A stretch of 64,000 nt of DNA. Origin: Azolla caroliniana (taxonomy: Eukaryota; Plantae; Polypodiophyta). The stretch lies in contig JBHGNT010000009.1 in assembly GCA_043228905.1 (NCBI GenBank), positions 17,918,001 to 17,982,000 of the forward strand, read 5' to 3'. Both the position numbers and the translations under genes were made by a program. Below are positions 25,780 to 36,468 of this stretch, in pieces. Position 1 is the stretch's first letter. Each line of letters begins with the position of its first letter. The notes beneath the pieces are model-generated. The model ran no database searches. It had not been told where the DNA came from and worked only from the letters and a program-made list of their open reading frames with translations.

Positions 25780-25802
25780 AAGAGGCGGCAGAAGAGCAGG
25801 AA

Positions 25803-27929
25803 ATGAGGGGGTCGGATCTCGCAGAGGCCATGGCTTCGGCCGTGGATCGGATTGTAAACGCGCGCGAGAGCACCGGTGCCCTCGACAGAGCTATTGAGGC
25901 GGTCGTCGGCACGATCGGCCGGTTCGATGGGAAAGATGCCACGAAGTATTTGGCGTCCTACGGTGCAGAGATGCTGATGCGGGACATTCCGGAAGAAAGG
26001 CGTCTTGCCGGATTTCCCCGAGTAGCGATGCCGAGCATCCATGCGGAGGTGCTCGAGGTGCGGACGGAGAGCCGTACCTGGGAGGAGTTCGAAGGTCGGC
26101 TCCTAGAGAAATACGGGCTGGACGACGCGCTCCGGCTTTCGAAGCGAAGGTTCATGGAATGGGTGGAGTCCCCGGGGAAGGGAAGAAACGCGTCGGCGCT
26201 CCTCCGGGAGTTCGAGGAAAACTTTGCGCGCCTTTCGGCGCTCGACCGAACCATCCTGGACACGAGCCGGGTCTTGCTGTTTGTCAAGTCGGTCGACGAG
26301 CGGGATCGGGAGCAAGTGGGCTTCTTGCTGGAGACCGAAGACGGGCTCACTACCGACTGGGCGGCTGTCAGGAAGGTCTGTGGCCGTTTCGACAAACGGC
26401 GAGAATGGGCGGATAACGGGGCGACCGGGTCGGGCTCGGTCGCAGCAAGGAAGCTCGAACTAGCGCCGCAGGTGCGCAAGGAAGAGACCCGGGAGTGGTT
26501 GGAAACCGGTTCGGCTTCGACCGGCGTAGTCAGAGGCTCAACCGGAGGAGAGGCGCTGGAGGAATTGACGAAGGCGATAAAGGACCTCCAAATCGCGCAG
26601 GCCCGAAGGGAAGGAGGCGAACCGGCTCGTGACCGACGGCCGGCGGCAGGAAACAGGTGCATGTGGTGCGATGAAGTCGGCCACATTCGGAAGGACTGCG
26701 GCGACTTCGCGGAGGCGCTGAGGAACAGGGTGGTGTACCTGTGGGAAGGACGGGTGCATGCCAGCGACACCCGAAGGGCCCTGAGCCGAAACGACGGAAA
26801 GGGTGGTATGAAAAGGGTGATGGAAGAGGCGGCGGCCCGACACGCGGAAACCGTTCACTACTCGGCGTCGGCCGGCATTCGAGTCGGGGGTGGCGAGGCC
26901 CGAAGGGAAAGCAAAGCGGGATTCTGGCCGACGGTGCTGGAAGGCCTTGCCGGTGCAAGGCTTAAAGGGGAGGAATCGGACCGTGCGGAGAAACGGGTAC
27001 GGGAGATGACCGGGTGGAGCGACCCGGTCGAGGAAAGGACGGGCTTCGTGGAAGCCGCTTGCCAGAACTACGAGGCTCTGGTAGAAGAGAAGCGGGTAGG
27101 GAGACCCGGGACGACTGGGCCCCCACAACGATACGAGACCCGGTCCGGGCCACGACGGGACGAAGCCGGCGGGGCCGGTACGCAAGACAAACCCCAGAAG
27201 GGCGGGTACCGTCTGGGGACGGAGATAGAAAGGACCACAGACTTACGAAAGGTCCTAGAGGAACGGATCCTCGACAGCAAGGTGGAGCTGTCGTTACGAG
27301 AGGTGCTGGGAATCGCCAAGAAGGAGTTCCACGACTCCATCGTGGACTTGGTGAAACGGAAGAGGCTGTCGACGGAGACAGAACCGGAAAGACCGGTGGA
27401 AGTGAGGACGACGCACCTAGACGACATGGCGCTGGGAGACGAGTGGGCGGAAAGCCACTATTCGAGACCACAGTGGGCCCGAGCGACCACGGAAACCCCG
27501 GTGAAGATCGGCGATGTCCAGGAACCGGTGATAGCTTTGGTGGACCACGGATCGGAGATCAATTTGATGTCCATGGACTTCTATAAGAAGGGCAAATGGC
27601 CGATCAACACCAAGCATGGGTGGAAAATAAGGGCAGCAACGCGCGCCACCGAGGAACTGCACGGGGCCTGTCCGAATGTGCGAGTCAAGATCGGCGACGT
27701 TGAGATTGACCAGCACTTCTTCGTGCAGGAGACGTCTTCGCATCCGGTCATTCTGGGAGAGCCGTACATCACGGCGGCGCGAATGGAGACCAAGGTGCTG
27801 GACAATGGTTCGGCCTATGCGCGGGTCAAGAGCCAGGACGGGCGCCATTCGGTCCAGTTTTTGACGGTTAGGCCGAACCACGAGCGTAACCGCGACTCCC
27901 TCGGTTCCGATAACCGAGAGGATTTTTAG
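25803..27929 (+). CDS. gag: A Gag-protease polyprotein
   Basis: First ATG at 25803 (track ORF starts at a GTG within the PBS); CX2CX4HX4C knuckle CMWCDEVGHIRKDC; aspartic protease ALVDHGSEINL...VILG. Confidence 0.92.
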   Translation: MRGSDLAEAMASAVDRIVNARESTGALDRAIEAVVGTIGRFDGKDATKYLASYGAEMLMRDIPEERRLAGFPRVAMPSIHAEVLEVRTESRTWEEFEGRLLEKYGLDDALRLSKRRFMEWVESPGKGRNASALLREFEENFARLSALDRTILDTSRVLLFVKSVDERDREQVGFLLETEDGLTTDWAAVRKVCGRFDKRREWADNGATGSGSVAARKLELAPQVRKEETREWLETGSASTGVVRGSTGGEALEELTKAIKDLQIAQARREGGEPARDRRPAAGNRCMWCDEVGHIRKDCGDFAEALRNRVVYLWEGRVHASDTRRALSRNDGKGGMKRVMEEAAARHAETVHYSASAGIRVGGGEARRESKAGFWPTVLEGLAGARLKGEESDRAEKRVREMTGWSDPVEERTGFVEAACQNYEALVEEKRVGRPGTTGPPQRYETRSGPRRDEAGGAGTQDKPQKGGYRLGTEIERTTDLRKVLEERILDSKVELSLREVLGIAKKEFHDSIVDLVKRKRLSTETEPERPVEVRTTHLDDMALGDEWAESHYSRPQWARATTETPVKIGDVQEPVIALVDHGSEINLMSMDFYKKGKWPINTKHGWKIRAATRATEELHGACPNVRVKIGDVEIDQHFFVQETSSHPVILGEPYITAARMETKVLDNGSAYARVKSQDGRHSVQFLTVRPNHERNRDSLGSDNREDF

Positions 27930-27985
27930 AGAGGACTGCCAAGGCGTGGGGCCGCGACAGTCCGGATGCTCCGGGAAAACCCCAC
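27920..27985 (+). promoter_or_regulatory. Predicted -1 ribosomal frameshift signal (G GAT TTT plus pseudoknot)
   Basis: Heptamer 27920-27926; 6-nt spacer; stem GGACTG (27933-38)/CAGTCC (27958-63); loop GTGGGG (27946-51) complementary to CCCCAC (27980-85). Confidence 0.8.
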
Positions 27986-30900
27986 ATTTGTACGATAAAA
28001 CCGTGTACGACAGGTAGGGTATTTTGCTTCTCCGACAGCGGAGCGTGTACGATAGTCGGCATCGGCGGCCGAGAGAAGACAAAGGCGGAGGGGAGACTTC
28101 GAGCGTGCGGAGTTCTCGGCCCTGACGAGGAAATCAGCGGAGCCGTGGAGGCGGTCTCATTCGACGACACCTTGGGGACGCTGGGAAAGGTGGTCGAAGA
28201 AGGCCTTAACGAAGACCGGACGATACCGGTGTGTTCCGAGGAGATGTACGGAGTCATCGCGGACTTCGGTCGAGGACTCGAGTCAGTTCGAACGGCCCGC
28301 GTAAGCACCAAGTACAAGACTGTGGACCGGAAGGTAAGGCCAGTCGCGGCACCCTTACCGGAGGACAGCGCGTCGAGAATCAAAGGGGTTGCATCGGACC
28401 CTAGTCTACGAGATCCGGCCTGCATAGGGCACACCTTCACCGACGAGACGCTCCGCGAGCTCAAAATAGGTGGGGGCGGGTTCCTACTGCCGGCGGAGGA
28501 AGACCGGTTTCGGAGAATGCTCGGAAGGCACGGGAAAGCCTTCGCATTCTCGCCGGAGGAAATCGGGTGCGTTGACCCAACGATCGTGGAGCCAATGGTG
28601 ATATTCACGGTGCCGCATGTACCATGGAATCTCAAGCCAATCCCGGTTCCGAGAGCTCACATCCCGAAGTTGATGGAGCTGCTGAGGCAGAAAGTTGATA
28701 TGGGAATTCTCGAGCCGTCGAGCGCCCCATATTCGAATCGATGGTTTACCGTACCGAAGAAAAACGGTTCGTTGCGCTTCATCCAGGACCTGCAGCCGGT
28801 CAATCGAGTGACCATTCGGAACGCAGGGATCGGACCGACCATAGACGAGTTCGCGGAGGCCTTCGCCGGAAGGTCAATTTACTCGGTCGGGGATCTATAC
28901 TCAGGGTACGACCAGTTCCAGCTAGCCGTGGAGAGCAGAGACATTACGACGATGCGAACTCCCCTCGGCCTAGTTCGGATGTGTACACTGCCGCAAGGAG
29001 GGACCAACTCGGTGGCCCACATGGTGAATGCGATGAACAAGGTTCTGAGGGACTGTATCCCGGACATCACCATGCCGTTTCTGGACGACATTCCGATCAA
29101 AGGATGCCCGGTGGAAGAAAGGGACGAGACGATCGGGCCGGACGGATGCCGGCGATTCGTGGCGACGCACATCGACGACTGCGAGAAGGTGCTGCAAAGG
29201 CTAAAGGATGCGAGACTCACCTTCTCCGGGGAGAAGTCGGCCTTCGGGCAGTCAGAAATCATGGTGGTCGGACACCTGTGCGGACCATATGGCCGGAAAC
29301 CGTCTCCGGCAAAGGTAGAAGCCATCTCCGCGATGAAGCCCGACTGCAGCTCGGTCACGGAAGTACGGAGATTCCTGGGGGCATGCGCGTTCTACCGCAT
29401 ATGGATCCCGCATTACGCACACGTCGCGGAGCCACTGTACGGGTTGCTGAAAAAGGGGCGAAGGTTCGAATGGCTGGACGAGCACGCGGAATCGGTCCGG
29501 AAGCTGAAAGAGGCCCTTGCAGCGGCACCGGCACTCCGGAAGGCGGTATACGGGAAGGGTACCCCGGTATTCATAACGGTGGATACCAGTCCGACCGGGA
29601 TCGGATGGGTCGTGAACCAGGAAGACGAGGACGGCAATCGGTTTCCGATCCGATTCGGCGCGAAAGTCCTCAGTGAACGGCAGCGAGGATACGCCCAGGT
29701 TAAACGCGAACTCTGGGGTATTGTTTCGGCGGTTAAGGCCGACAAAGATTACCTGATAGGGACAGAAGTGATCATCGAGACGGATTGCCTGCCGATTCTC
29801 GGTATGGTTTCCGGATGCGCGACTCCGGACCTGGCGATGCTCAGGTGGATAGCGTACATCAAGTCCCTGGACCCGGAAATACGACACATTTCCGGGAAAG
29901 ACAACGCCATGGCCGACATGCTTTCGAGGGCGAGGTTCGACGACGAGGGCGGCATGGTTTCGGAAGACGAAGAAGTCGGCGTGGATTTCTTCGAGGCGGC
30001 ATACATAACGACCGACGGGATGAGCACTCCGGCGCTTAACGAGTTCGACGCGAGCAAGTACGACGGGGAGTGGCTGCAGATCGGCGGGTTTTTGAAGACA
30101 ATGACGCCCGATGCGTCATGGACGAAGGACGAGGCCAACCGGATCCGGAAGAAAGCATATCGATTCTTTCTCCGAGATGGGCATTTGTGGAAGCACCCGA
30201 AGAAGAGGAACGGCGTCCCGCTCCGGGTGGTGGCGATGAAGGAAGAACAGGAGGAGCTACTGGCGGCCCACCACGACAGCCCTTGGGCTGGACACCGTGG
30301 AACGTGGGCGACATTTGAGAAGCTGAAGGGGAAGTACTGGTGGCCGGGATTGTACCGGGACGTGCATCGGTTCGTGTCAACTTGCGAGAGTTGTCAGATG
30401 CACTCGATAGTCCGACACCGGGACGGGCTTCGCCCTACGTACCCTCCGACTATCCACTTCAAATGGATGGTAGATCTGGTGACGATGCCGATGGGGGTAG
30501 GACAGATGCGGTATCTGGTCCTAGCGCGGGAAGACCTGACGAACCAGGTGGAAGGCCGAGCCCTTCAGAACAAGACGACCGCGGCCGTGTGTCGGTTCCT
30601 AATCGAGGACGTGATATGCCGGTACGGGTGCGTCGGGAAGATCGTGGCTGACCGAGGGGAGTTGGACGCCGAAGAAGCCGCGGAGCTGTTCGACCGGCTG
30701 GGGGTCAAGCTCTCGCTCACCACTGCGTACAATCCGGAGGCGAATGGAAAGGTGGAGCGCGGACACGGACCGATCGTCAAGGTGTTGGTTCGGGCATGCG
30801 GAGGCCGAATCGGTGACTGGCCGCGGCTCCTACCTTATGCTTTGTGGGCAGACCGGACCACGCACAGTTCGGTAACCGGGTACATGCCGACAGAGCTCAT

Positions 30901-31408
30901 GTTCGGCCAGAAGCCGATCATGCCGATTGAACGGACGATCTCCTCGTGGGCAACGGTCGACTGGAGAGACGAGATGAGCCGGGAGGAGTTGTTGGCCGCG
31001 CGTATACGACAGCTCGAGCGGAGACCGGAGGACGTGGCACTGGCTACGGAGAAGCTCCGGGTGGCGAGGACAAAGAACAAAGCCCGGTTCGACCGAACGC
31101 ACCGGCTACGACCGAAGAAAATCGACGAAGGTGACTGGGTGCTCGTCTACGACAGCAGCCTCGACAACCAGCACCGAGCAACGCGGAAGTTCGCACAGAG
31201 ATGGTTTGGGCCGTACACGGTACAGAGCGCCAACGACAACGGGACGTATCATCTGGCGGAACTCGACGGTACGAGAATAGTGATACCCGTGGCCGGGAAG
31301 AGGATCAAAGCTTTCAAGAAGCGGCACGACGACGAACCCGACCCGATTCTCCTGGACAGCAGCGACGACCGATCCGAGGCCGAGAAAGGGCCGGCAGGCG
31401 AAGAGTAA
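27920..31408 (+). CDS. pol: A Pol (RT, RNase H, integrase), in the -1 frame and open from the gag stop region; predicted to be expressed by frameshift
   Basis: RT LPQG..FLDD; RNase H VDTS, ETD; integrase HHCC (H.SPWAGH..CESC), VDL, ADRG, ERGH, WFGPY; frame has no stop between 27920 and 28145. Confidence 0.93.
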   Translation, partial: GFLERTAKAWGRDSPDAPGKPHICTIKPCTTGRVFCFSDSGACTIVGIGGREKTKAEGRLRACGVLGPDEEISGAVEAVSFDDTLGTLGKVVEEGLNEDRTIPVCSEEMYGVIADFGRGLESVRTARVSTKYKTVDRKVRPVAAPLPEDSASRIKGVASDPSLRDPACIGHTFTDETLRELKIGGGGFLLPAEEDRFRRMLGRHGKAFAFSPEEIGCVDPTIVEPMVIFTVPHVPWNLKPIPVPRAHIPKLMELLRQKVDMGILEPSSAPYSNRWFTVPKKNGSLRFIQDLQPVNRVTIRNAGIGPTIDEFAEAFAGRSIYSVGDLYSGYDQFQLAVESRDITTMRTPLGLVRMCTLPQGGTNSVAHMVNAMNKVLRDCIPDITMPFLDDIPIKGCPVEERDETIGPDGCRRFVATHIDDCEKVLQRLKDARLTFSGEKSAFGQSEIMVVGHLCGPYGRKPSPAKVEAISAMKPDCSSVTEVRRFLGACAFYRIWIPHYAHVAEPLYGLLKKGRRFEWLDEHAESVRKLKEALAAAPALRKAVYGKGTPVFITVDTSPTGIGWVVNQEDEDGNRFPIRFGAKVLSERQRGYAQVKRELWGIVSAVKADKDYLIGTEVIIETDCLPILGMVSGCATPDLAMLRWIAYIKSLDPEIRHISGKDNAMADMLSRARFDDEGGMVSEDEEVGVDFFEAAYITTDGMSTPALNEFDASKYDGEWLQIGGFLKTMTPDASWTKDEANRIRKKAYRFFLRDGHLWKHPKKRNGVPLRVVAMKEEQEELLAAHHDSPWAGHRGTWATFEKLKGKYWWPGLYRDVHRFVSTCESCQMHSIVRHRDGLRPTYPPTIHFKWMVDLVTMPMGVGQMRYLVLAREDLTNQVEGRALQNKTTAAVCRFLIEDVICRYGCVGKIVADRGELDAEEAAELFDRLGVKLSLTTAYNPEANGKVERGHGPIVKVLVRACGGRIGDWPRLLPYALWADRTTHSSVTGYMPTELMFGQKPIMPIERTISSWATVDWRDEMSREELLAARIRQLERRPEDVALATEKLRVARTKNKARFDRTHRLRPKKIDEGDWVLVYDSSLDNQHRATRKFAQRWFGPYTVQSANDNGTYHLAELDGTRIVIPVAGKRIKAFKKRHDDEPDPILLDSSDDRSEAEKGPAGEE

Positions 31409-31480
31409 AGGCGGGCCGGTTTTCTCCGTGCCAACTTAATTTGGCGCATACCGGTGGATGTGCGGTTAGGTGGGGGCGGA

Positions 31481-32154
31481 TGTCGTGAAGAAAACCGCCC
31501 ACAAGAGGAATCGGAGGAACAAGGCGTGGGAAACGGCTCTTCACACACGCGCGCCAAGAAGTACATACGAGGATCCTAGGTGGGTAGATTCGGTTGGTAT
31601 GCAGTTAATGCCAAACGGCCTCTTGACGGGCTATAAAAGGAAGAGGAAGAATAGAAGTGGGATATCTCGCGGGGGAGAGGACGAAGTGCTGCCGAACCGA
31701 TTTCGGAGCTCCTCTCTCACTCCTGCTTTCTCTGTCTTCTGCTCCATCGCGTACCTGTGCAGGTTTCGAGGAGGCTTGCGCTGTTCCGTGGAACGCCCCG
31801 AGTGCGTCCTGCAGCACCTCCGACCTGTTTTCCCTTTTCTGTGCGTCGCAACATACAGGGGTCGGCATCTGTTCGCCGCCCCGTTCGTTTTCGTTAGTAT
31901 CCATTCCGTGCCCCACCGTGGGTTGTAATACTTTGGTCTGTTATTTTCTTGCATTCATAAGTACATATCTTTCGTTGTTGCGTCCATCTGCGTCGGTGTT
32001 TGTTTGTGATCTCCGTTTGTTGGGCCGTGTCCCTGTGCAATCTTCGGTTCTGTGTAATCGGGTCTCTCTCTTACTCCGCTCTCTCTTGCTCTTCGGTCCA
32101 AGACCCCCGTGGTCCCTCCTCCTTTCTGCACGCAAGGGCGTAGCAACCCCGACA
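31481..32154 (+). repeat. A 3' LTR
   Basis: Preceded by PPT GGTTAGGTGGGGGCGGA. Confidence 0.97.
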
Positions 32155-34577
32155 ACGTATGGTAGAAGCCGTGGCCAATTCCCGACCTGCCCTTCACAGG
32201 CTCGTACCAAAGCCTTCACAATCTGTCCGTGTCCGTGTTCTACGTTCCCGTTCGCCTCCGGATTGTACGCCGTAGTGAGGGAGAGCTTGACCCCTAACCG
32301 GTCGAACAGCTCCTCAGTTTCCTATGAGTCCAGCTCTCCTCGATCCGCCACGATTTTCCCTATGCATCCGTACCGACACACTACCTCTTCAATCAAGAAC
32401 CGGCACACCGCCGCAGTCGTCTCGTTCGTCAGTGCGCGACCTTCCACTTGGTTCGTTAAATCTTCCCACACAAGCACCAGATACCGCATCTGCCCTACTC
32501 CTATCGGCATTGTCACTAAGTCCACCATCCATTTGAAGTGGATGGTCGGCGGGTAGGTTGGGTGTAGCTCGTCTCGATGACGGATCGTGGAGTGCATTTG
32601 ACAATTTTCAAACGTCATCACGAACTAGTACACATCCTGGTACAACCCCGACCACCAATACTTCTCTTTCAGTTTCTCGAACGAGGCCCATGTCTTGCGG
32701 TGTCCGGCCCAAGGACTCTCATGGTACGCCGTAAGCAACGCATCCTTTCTCGCTACTACGCGGAGTGTGACATCGCCTCACTTCTTAGGGTGCCTCCATA
32801 TGTTCCCGTCCCGTAGGAAGAACCGGTAAGCTTTCTTTCAGATCCGGTTAGCCTCTTCCTTCGTCCACGCTGCATCTGGTGTCATTGTCTTCAAGAACCT
32901 ACCGATCTGAAGCCACTCCCCGTCGTACTCGGCTTCGTGGAATTCGTTAAGTGTTGGACGGCTCCTCTCCCTCGTTATGTATGTCGTCTCGAAGAAGTCT
33001 ACGCCGACTTCCTCGTCCTCCAAAACCATGCCGTCCTCGTCGTCGAACCATGCTCTCGAAAGCATGTCAGCAATGGCGTTGTCCTTCCCGGAGATTTGCC
33101 GTATCTCTAGATTTAGGGACTTGATGTACGCGATCCACGTAAGCATTGCCAGGTCCGGAGTCGCGCATCCAAAAATCATACCGAGAATCGGTAGGCAGTC
33201 CGTCTCGATTATTACCTCCGTCCCTATAAGATAATCTTTGTTGGCCTTAACCGCCGAAACGATACCCCATAGTTCACGATTAACTTGGGTGTATCCTCAC
33301 TGTTGCTCACTAAGAACCTTCGCCCCAAACTGGATCGGAAATTGCGCGCTGCTCTCGTCCTCCTGATTGATCACCCATCTGATCCCGGTCGGGCTTGTGT
33401 CAACAGTTATGTAGATGGGGATCTCCTTCCCATAAACCGCTTTCCTGAGAGCCAGTGCTCCGGTAAGCACCTCCTTTAGTCTTCGAACTGACCCCTAATG
33501 CTCCTTGCCCCATTCAAATTTGCGCCCCTTCTTTAGCAACCCATAAAGTGCTTCCGTGACGTGTGCGTAGTGCGGAATCCAGATGTGGTAGAACGCACAC
33601 GCACCCAGGAACCTCCGCACCTTCGTAACCGACTTGCATTCTCCCTTCATTACAGAGATGGCTTCTATCTTTGCTGGAGACGGTTTCCGGCCGTAGGGCC
33701 CGCACAGGTGACTGGCCACTAGGATCTCCGATTGGCCCAACGCTGATTTCTCCTCGGAGAAGGTGAGCCGCACGTCCTCCAGCCTTTGTAGCACCTTCTT
33801 GCAGTCATTAATGTGGTTCGCGACGAACCTTTGGCATCCGTCCGGCCCAACGCCTCGTCCTTATCCTCCATCGGACATCCTTTGATCGGGATGTCGTCCA
33901 AGAATGGCATGGTGATGTCCGGGATGCAGTCCCTCAACACCTTGTTCATCGCATTCACCATGTGCGCCACCGAGTTTGTCCCTCCTTGTGGCAAGATACA
34001 TATCCGCACTAAGCCGAGAGGGGTCTGAATCGTCGTGATATCCCTGCTCTTCACGGCTAGTTGTAACTGATCGTACCCCGAGTAAAGATCACCGATTGAA
34101 TAGATTGACCTTCTGGCAAAGGCTTACGCGAACTCGTCTATCGTCGGTATGATACCTGCATTACGAATGGTCACCTTGTTGACCGGTTGCAGGTCCTGAA
34201 TGAAGCGTAGCATGCCATTCTTCTTTGGCACGATAAACCACTGGTTCGAATATGGGGCGTTCGACGGTTTGAGGATGCCCATCTCCACCTTCTGCTTCGG
34301 TAGCTCTATCAACTTCGGGATGTGAGCTCTGGGCACCAATATCGGCTTGAGATTCCACGGCACATGCGGCACCGTGAATATCACCATCGGCTCCACGATC
34401 GTCAGGTCTTTGTACCCGATCTCCTCCGGCGAGAATGCGAAGGCTCTCCCATGCCTTCCGAGCATCCTCCGATATACCGGTCCTCCTCCGCCGGCAGTAG
34501 AAACCCACCCCCCACCGACCTTGAGCTCCCGTAGCGTTATGTCGGTGAATCGGTGCCCTATGCCACCCGATTGATGT

Positions 34578-36468
34578 TGTCGCGAAGTTTCGCGCACGTG
34601 TGTTACTTGGGCGGAACCACGAGGGTCTTGGACAAGGGAGTACTCAAGGGATAGAGAAGACCCAAGGTTTGCTTTACGAAAATACTACTTCTCGACCCCT
34701 TCCCGAGCAAGGTCTCGTTGCCCTTTGTTTTGTGAGGCCGGTGGCTCTCATTGATCACGACTCGTCGACCTTCCGAGATCACCGCACAAGCCAAGTGACC
34801 AAACGGGTACAAGCAAGATGAGCACTCAACATGAACGCACAAGGGGACGATAACACAAACACGAATGTCCGTACGTCTTTATGAGGAGGAGAGGTGTATG
34901 GGCACACGCCCGAACGCTCCCTCGTCACAACACGTCGAATGCACGAGGAAGACACAAAACACATGCACAAATACTCGTACGCCTTTATAAGGAGGAGAGG
35001 TGCATGGGCAAGCCCGAACGCTCCCTCGTCATGAGACAATCAAACGTACAAGGAAGACACAAACACACACACAAAATGCTCGTACGCCTTTATGAGGAGG
35101 AGAGGTGCATGGGCAAGCCTGAAACGGTCCCTCGTCACAAGACGGCCAAACGTACAAGGAAGACACAAACACACACACAAATGCTCGTACGTCATTATGA
35201 GGAGGAGAGGTGCATGGGCGCGCCCGAAATGCTCCCTCGTCACAAGATGACCGAACGTACAAGGAAGACACAAACACACACACAAATGGTCGTACGCCTT
35301 TATGAGGAGGACAGGTGCATGGGCAAGCCCGAACACTCCCCTCGTCACAAGATGGCCAAACGTACAAGAAAGACACAAACACATGCACAAAATGCTCGTA
35401 CGCCTTTATGAGGAGGAGAGGTGCATGGGCAAGCCCGAACGGTCCCCTCGTCATAAGACGGCCGAACGTACACGGAAGACACAAACACACACACAAATGC
35501 TCGTACGTCTTTATGAGGAAGAGAGGTGCATGGGCACGCCCGAAACGCTCCCTCGTCACAAGATGGCCAAACGTACAAAGAAGACACGAATAAAGAAAGA
35601 AGGAGTGAAAGAAACACGAATGATATCGACCAAAGAGATAAATACGTGTTCGATTCCAATGCAAGAGGACCCTTTATAAAATAGGGTTTTTTTTAGAATG
35701 GCAACTTATAGTTAACCACAAGCTCAATCAAAACATAAATATTAAATGCCCTTAGAGATAAAAGCAAATCTGAACACGACGAAGATGAACACACGTGCAC
35801 CACCAAAATGCCAATCCCAACGAACCACGACCACCCGAACGGCGAGCACACGGGCTTGCAACGACGAACGGGGCGGAGCAACGTCGAACCAACAAAGCTT
35901 GGGCTCACGAGCACTTCAAGTGCCGACGTGAAGAAGACGAGCACGTGGCGATGGGGGAATGAAGGGGCATGAGATGAAGAGAAGTGGTGAATAAGAAGAT
36001 GAAGAGCTTCGAAGGAAAATTGGCGATAGTCTCCTCCTCCCAAAACGTCCTCCCGAATGAGCCCCCCTCGATCTCCTTTTATAGGAAAAAAGAAGGGGGG
36101 GTTGCGAAATTTGTCTTCAATGAAAAAGGAATAAAATTCCTTAAATCACGCTTCACTATAAGTTTAGATTCAAACCGTGCACCTCTAGCTAGTACTCAAT
36201 GTGACTATCCACTAGCCCACTAACTCTCTCTTATATAGTATATAATTCTATCTCTATAAATTCTTAGCCTGTCTCTCCTCTACATTTTATCTCTCTTCTC
36301 TCTTACTTTTTGCACGGGCTTCTATGCATCCTTTTCACTCTTTCTTTTCCCTTTTATTTTGCATATGCACAACTAATCGCTTTTGTGTGCACACATATTG
36401 CACATGCACATTTTTGACCCCCCCCTTTCGCCGGTTTTTCCCACTCTCTAGCACGCCACATCACGACA
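34578..36468 (-). repeat. D 3' LTR (1891 bp) with 7 units of a 105-106-bp repeat at ~34850-35590
   Basis: tatgaggagg anchors at 34880, 34986, 35091, 35196, 35301, 35407 and 35512; TATA-like CCTATAAAAGG on minus strand at ~36075-36085. Confidence 0.93.

Larger units (their letters stand above)
25086..32154 (+). mobile_element. Ty3/gypsy A, intact young non-chromovirus LTR retrotransposon
   Basis: 674-bp LTRs TGTCG..CGACA (25086-25759, 31481-32154) with only 2 differences seen; TSD ACGT (25082-25085, 32155-32158); PBS, PPT and uninterrupted ORFs. Confidence 0.97.

Noticed and set aside
25958-31566. Many antisense and alternate-frame ORFs over A (likewise over E, F and Y)
   Set aside because: Shadow ORFs of GC-rich coding sequence; no motifs and not conserved between paralogs
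34850-35680. Repeat array as a CRISPR or as repetitive proteins (ORFs 34881-35411, 35029-35664, 42191-42995)
   Set aside because: Whole units are repeated with no unique spacers and there are no cas genes; the ORFs arise from the 105-bp period and break at 104/106-bp units
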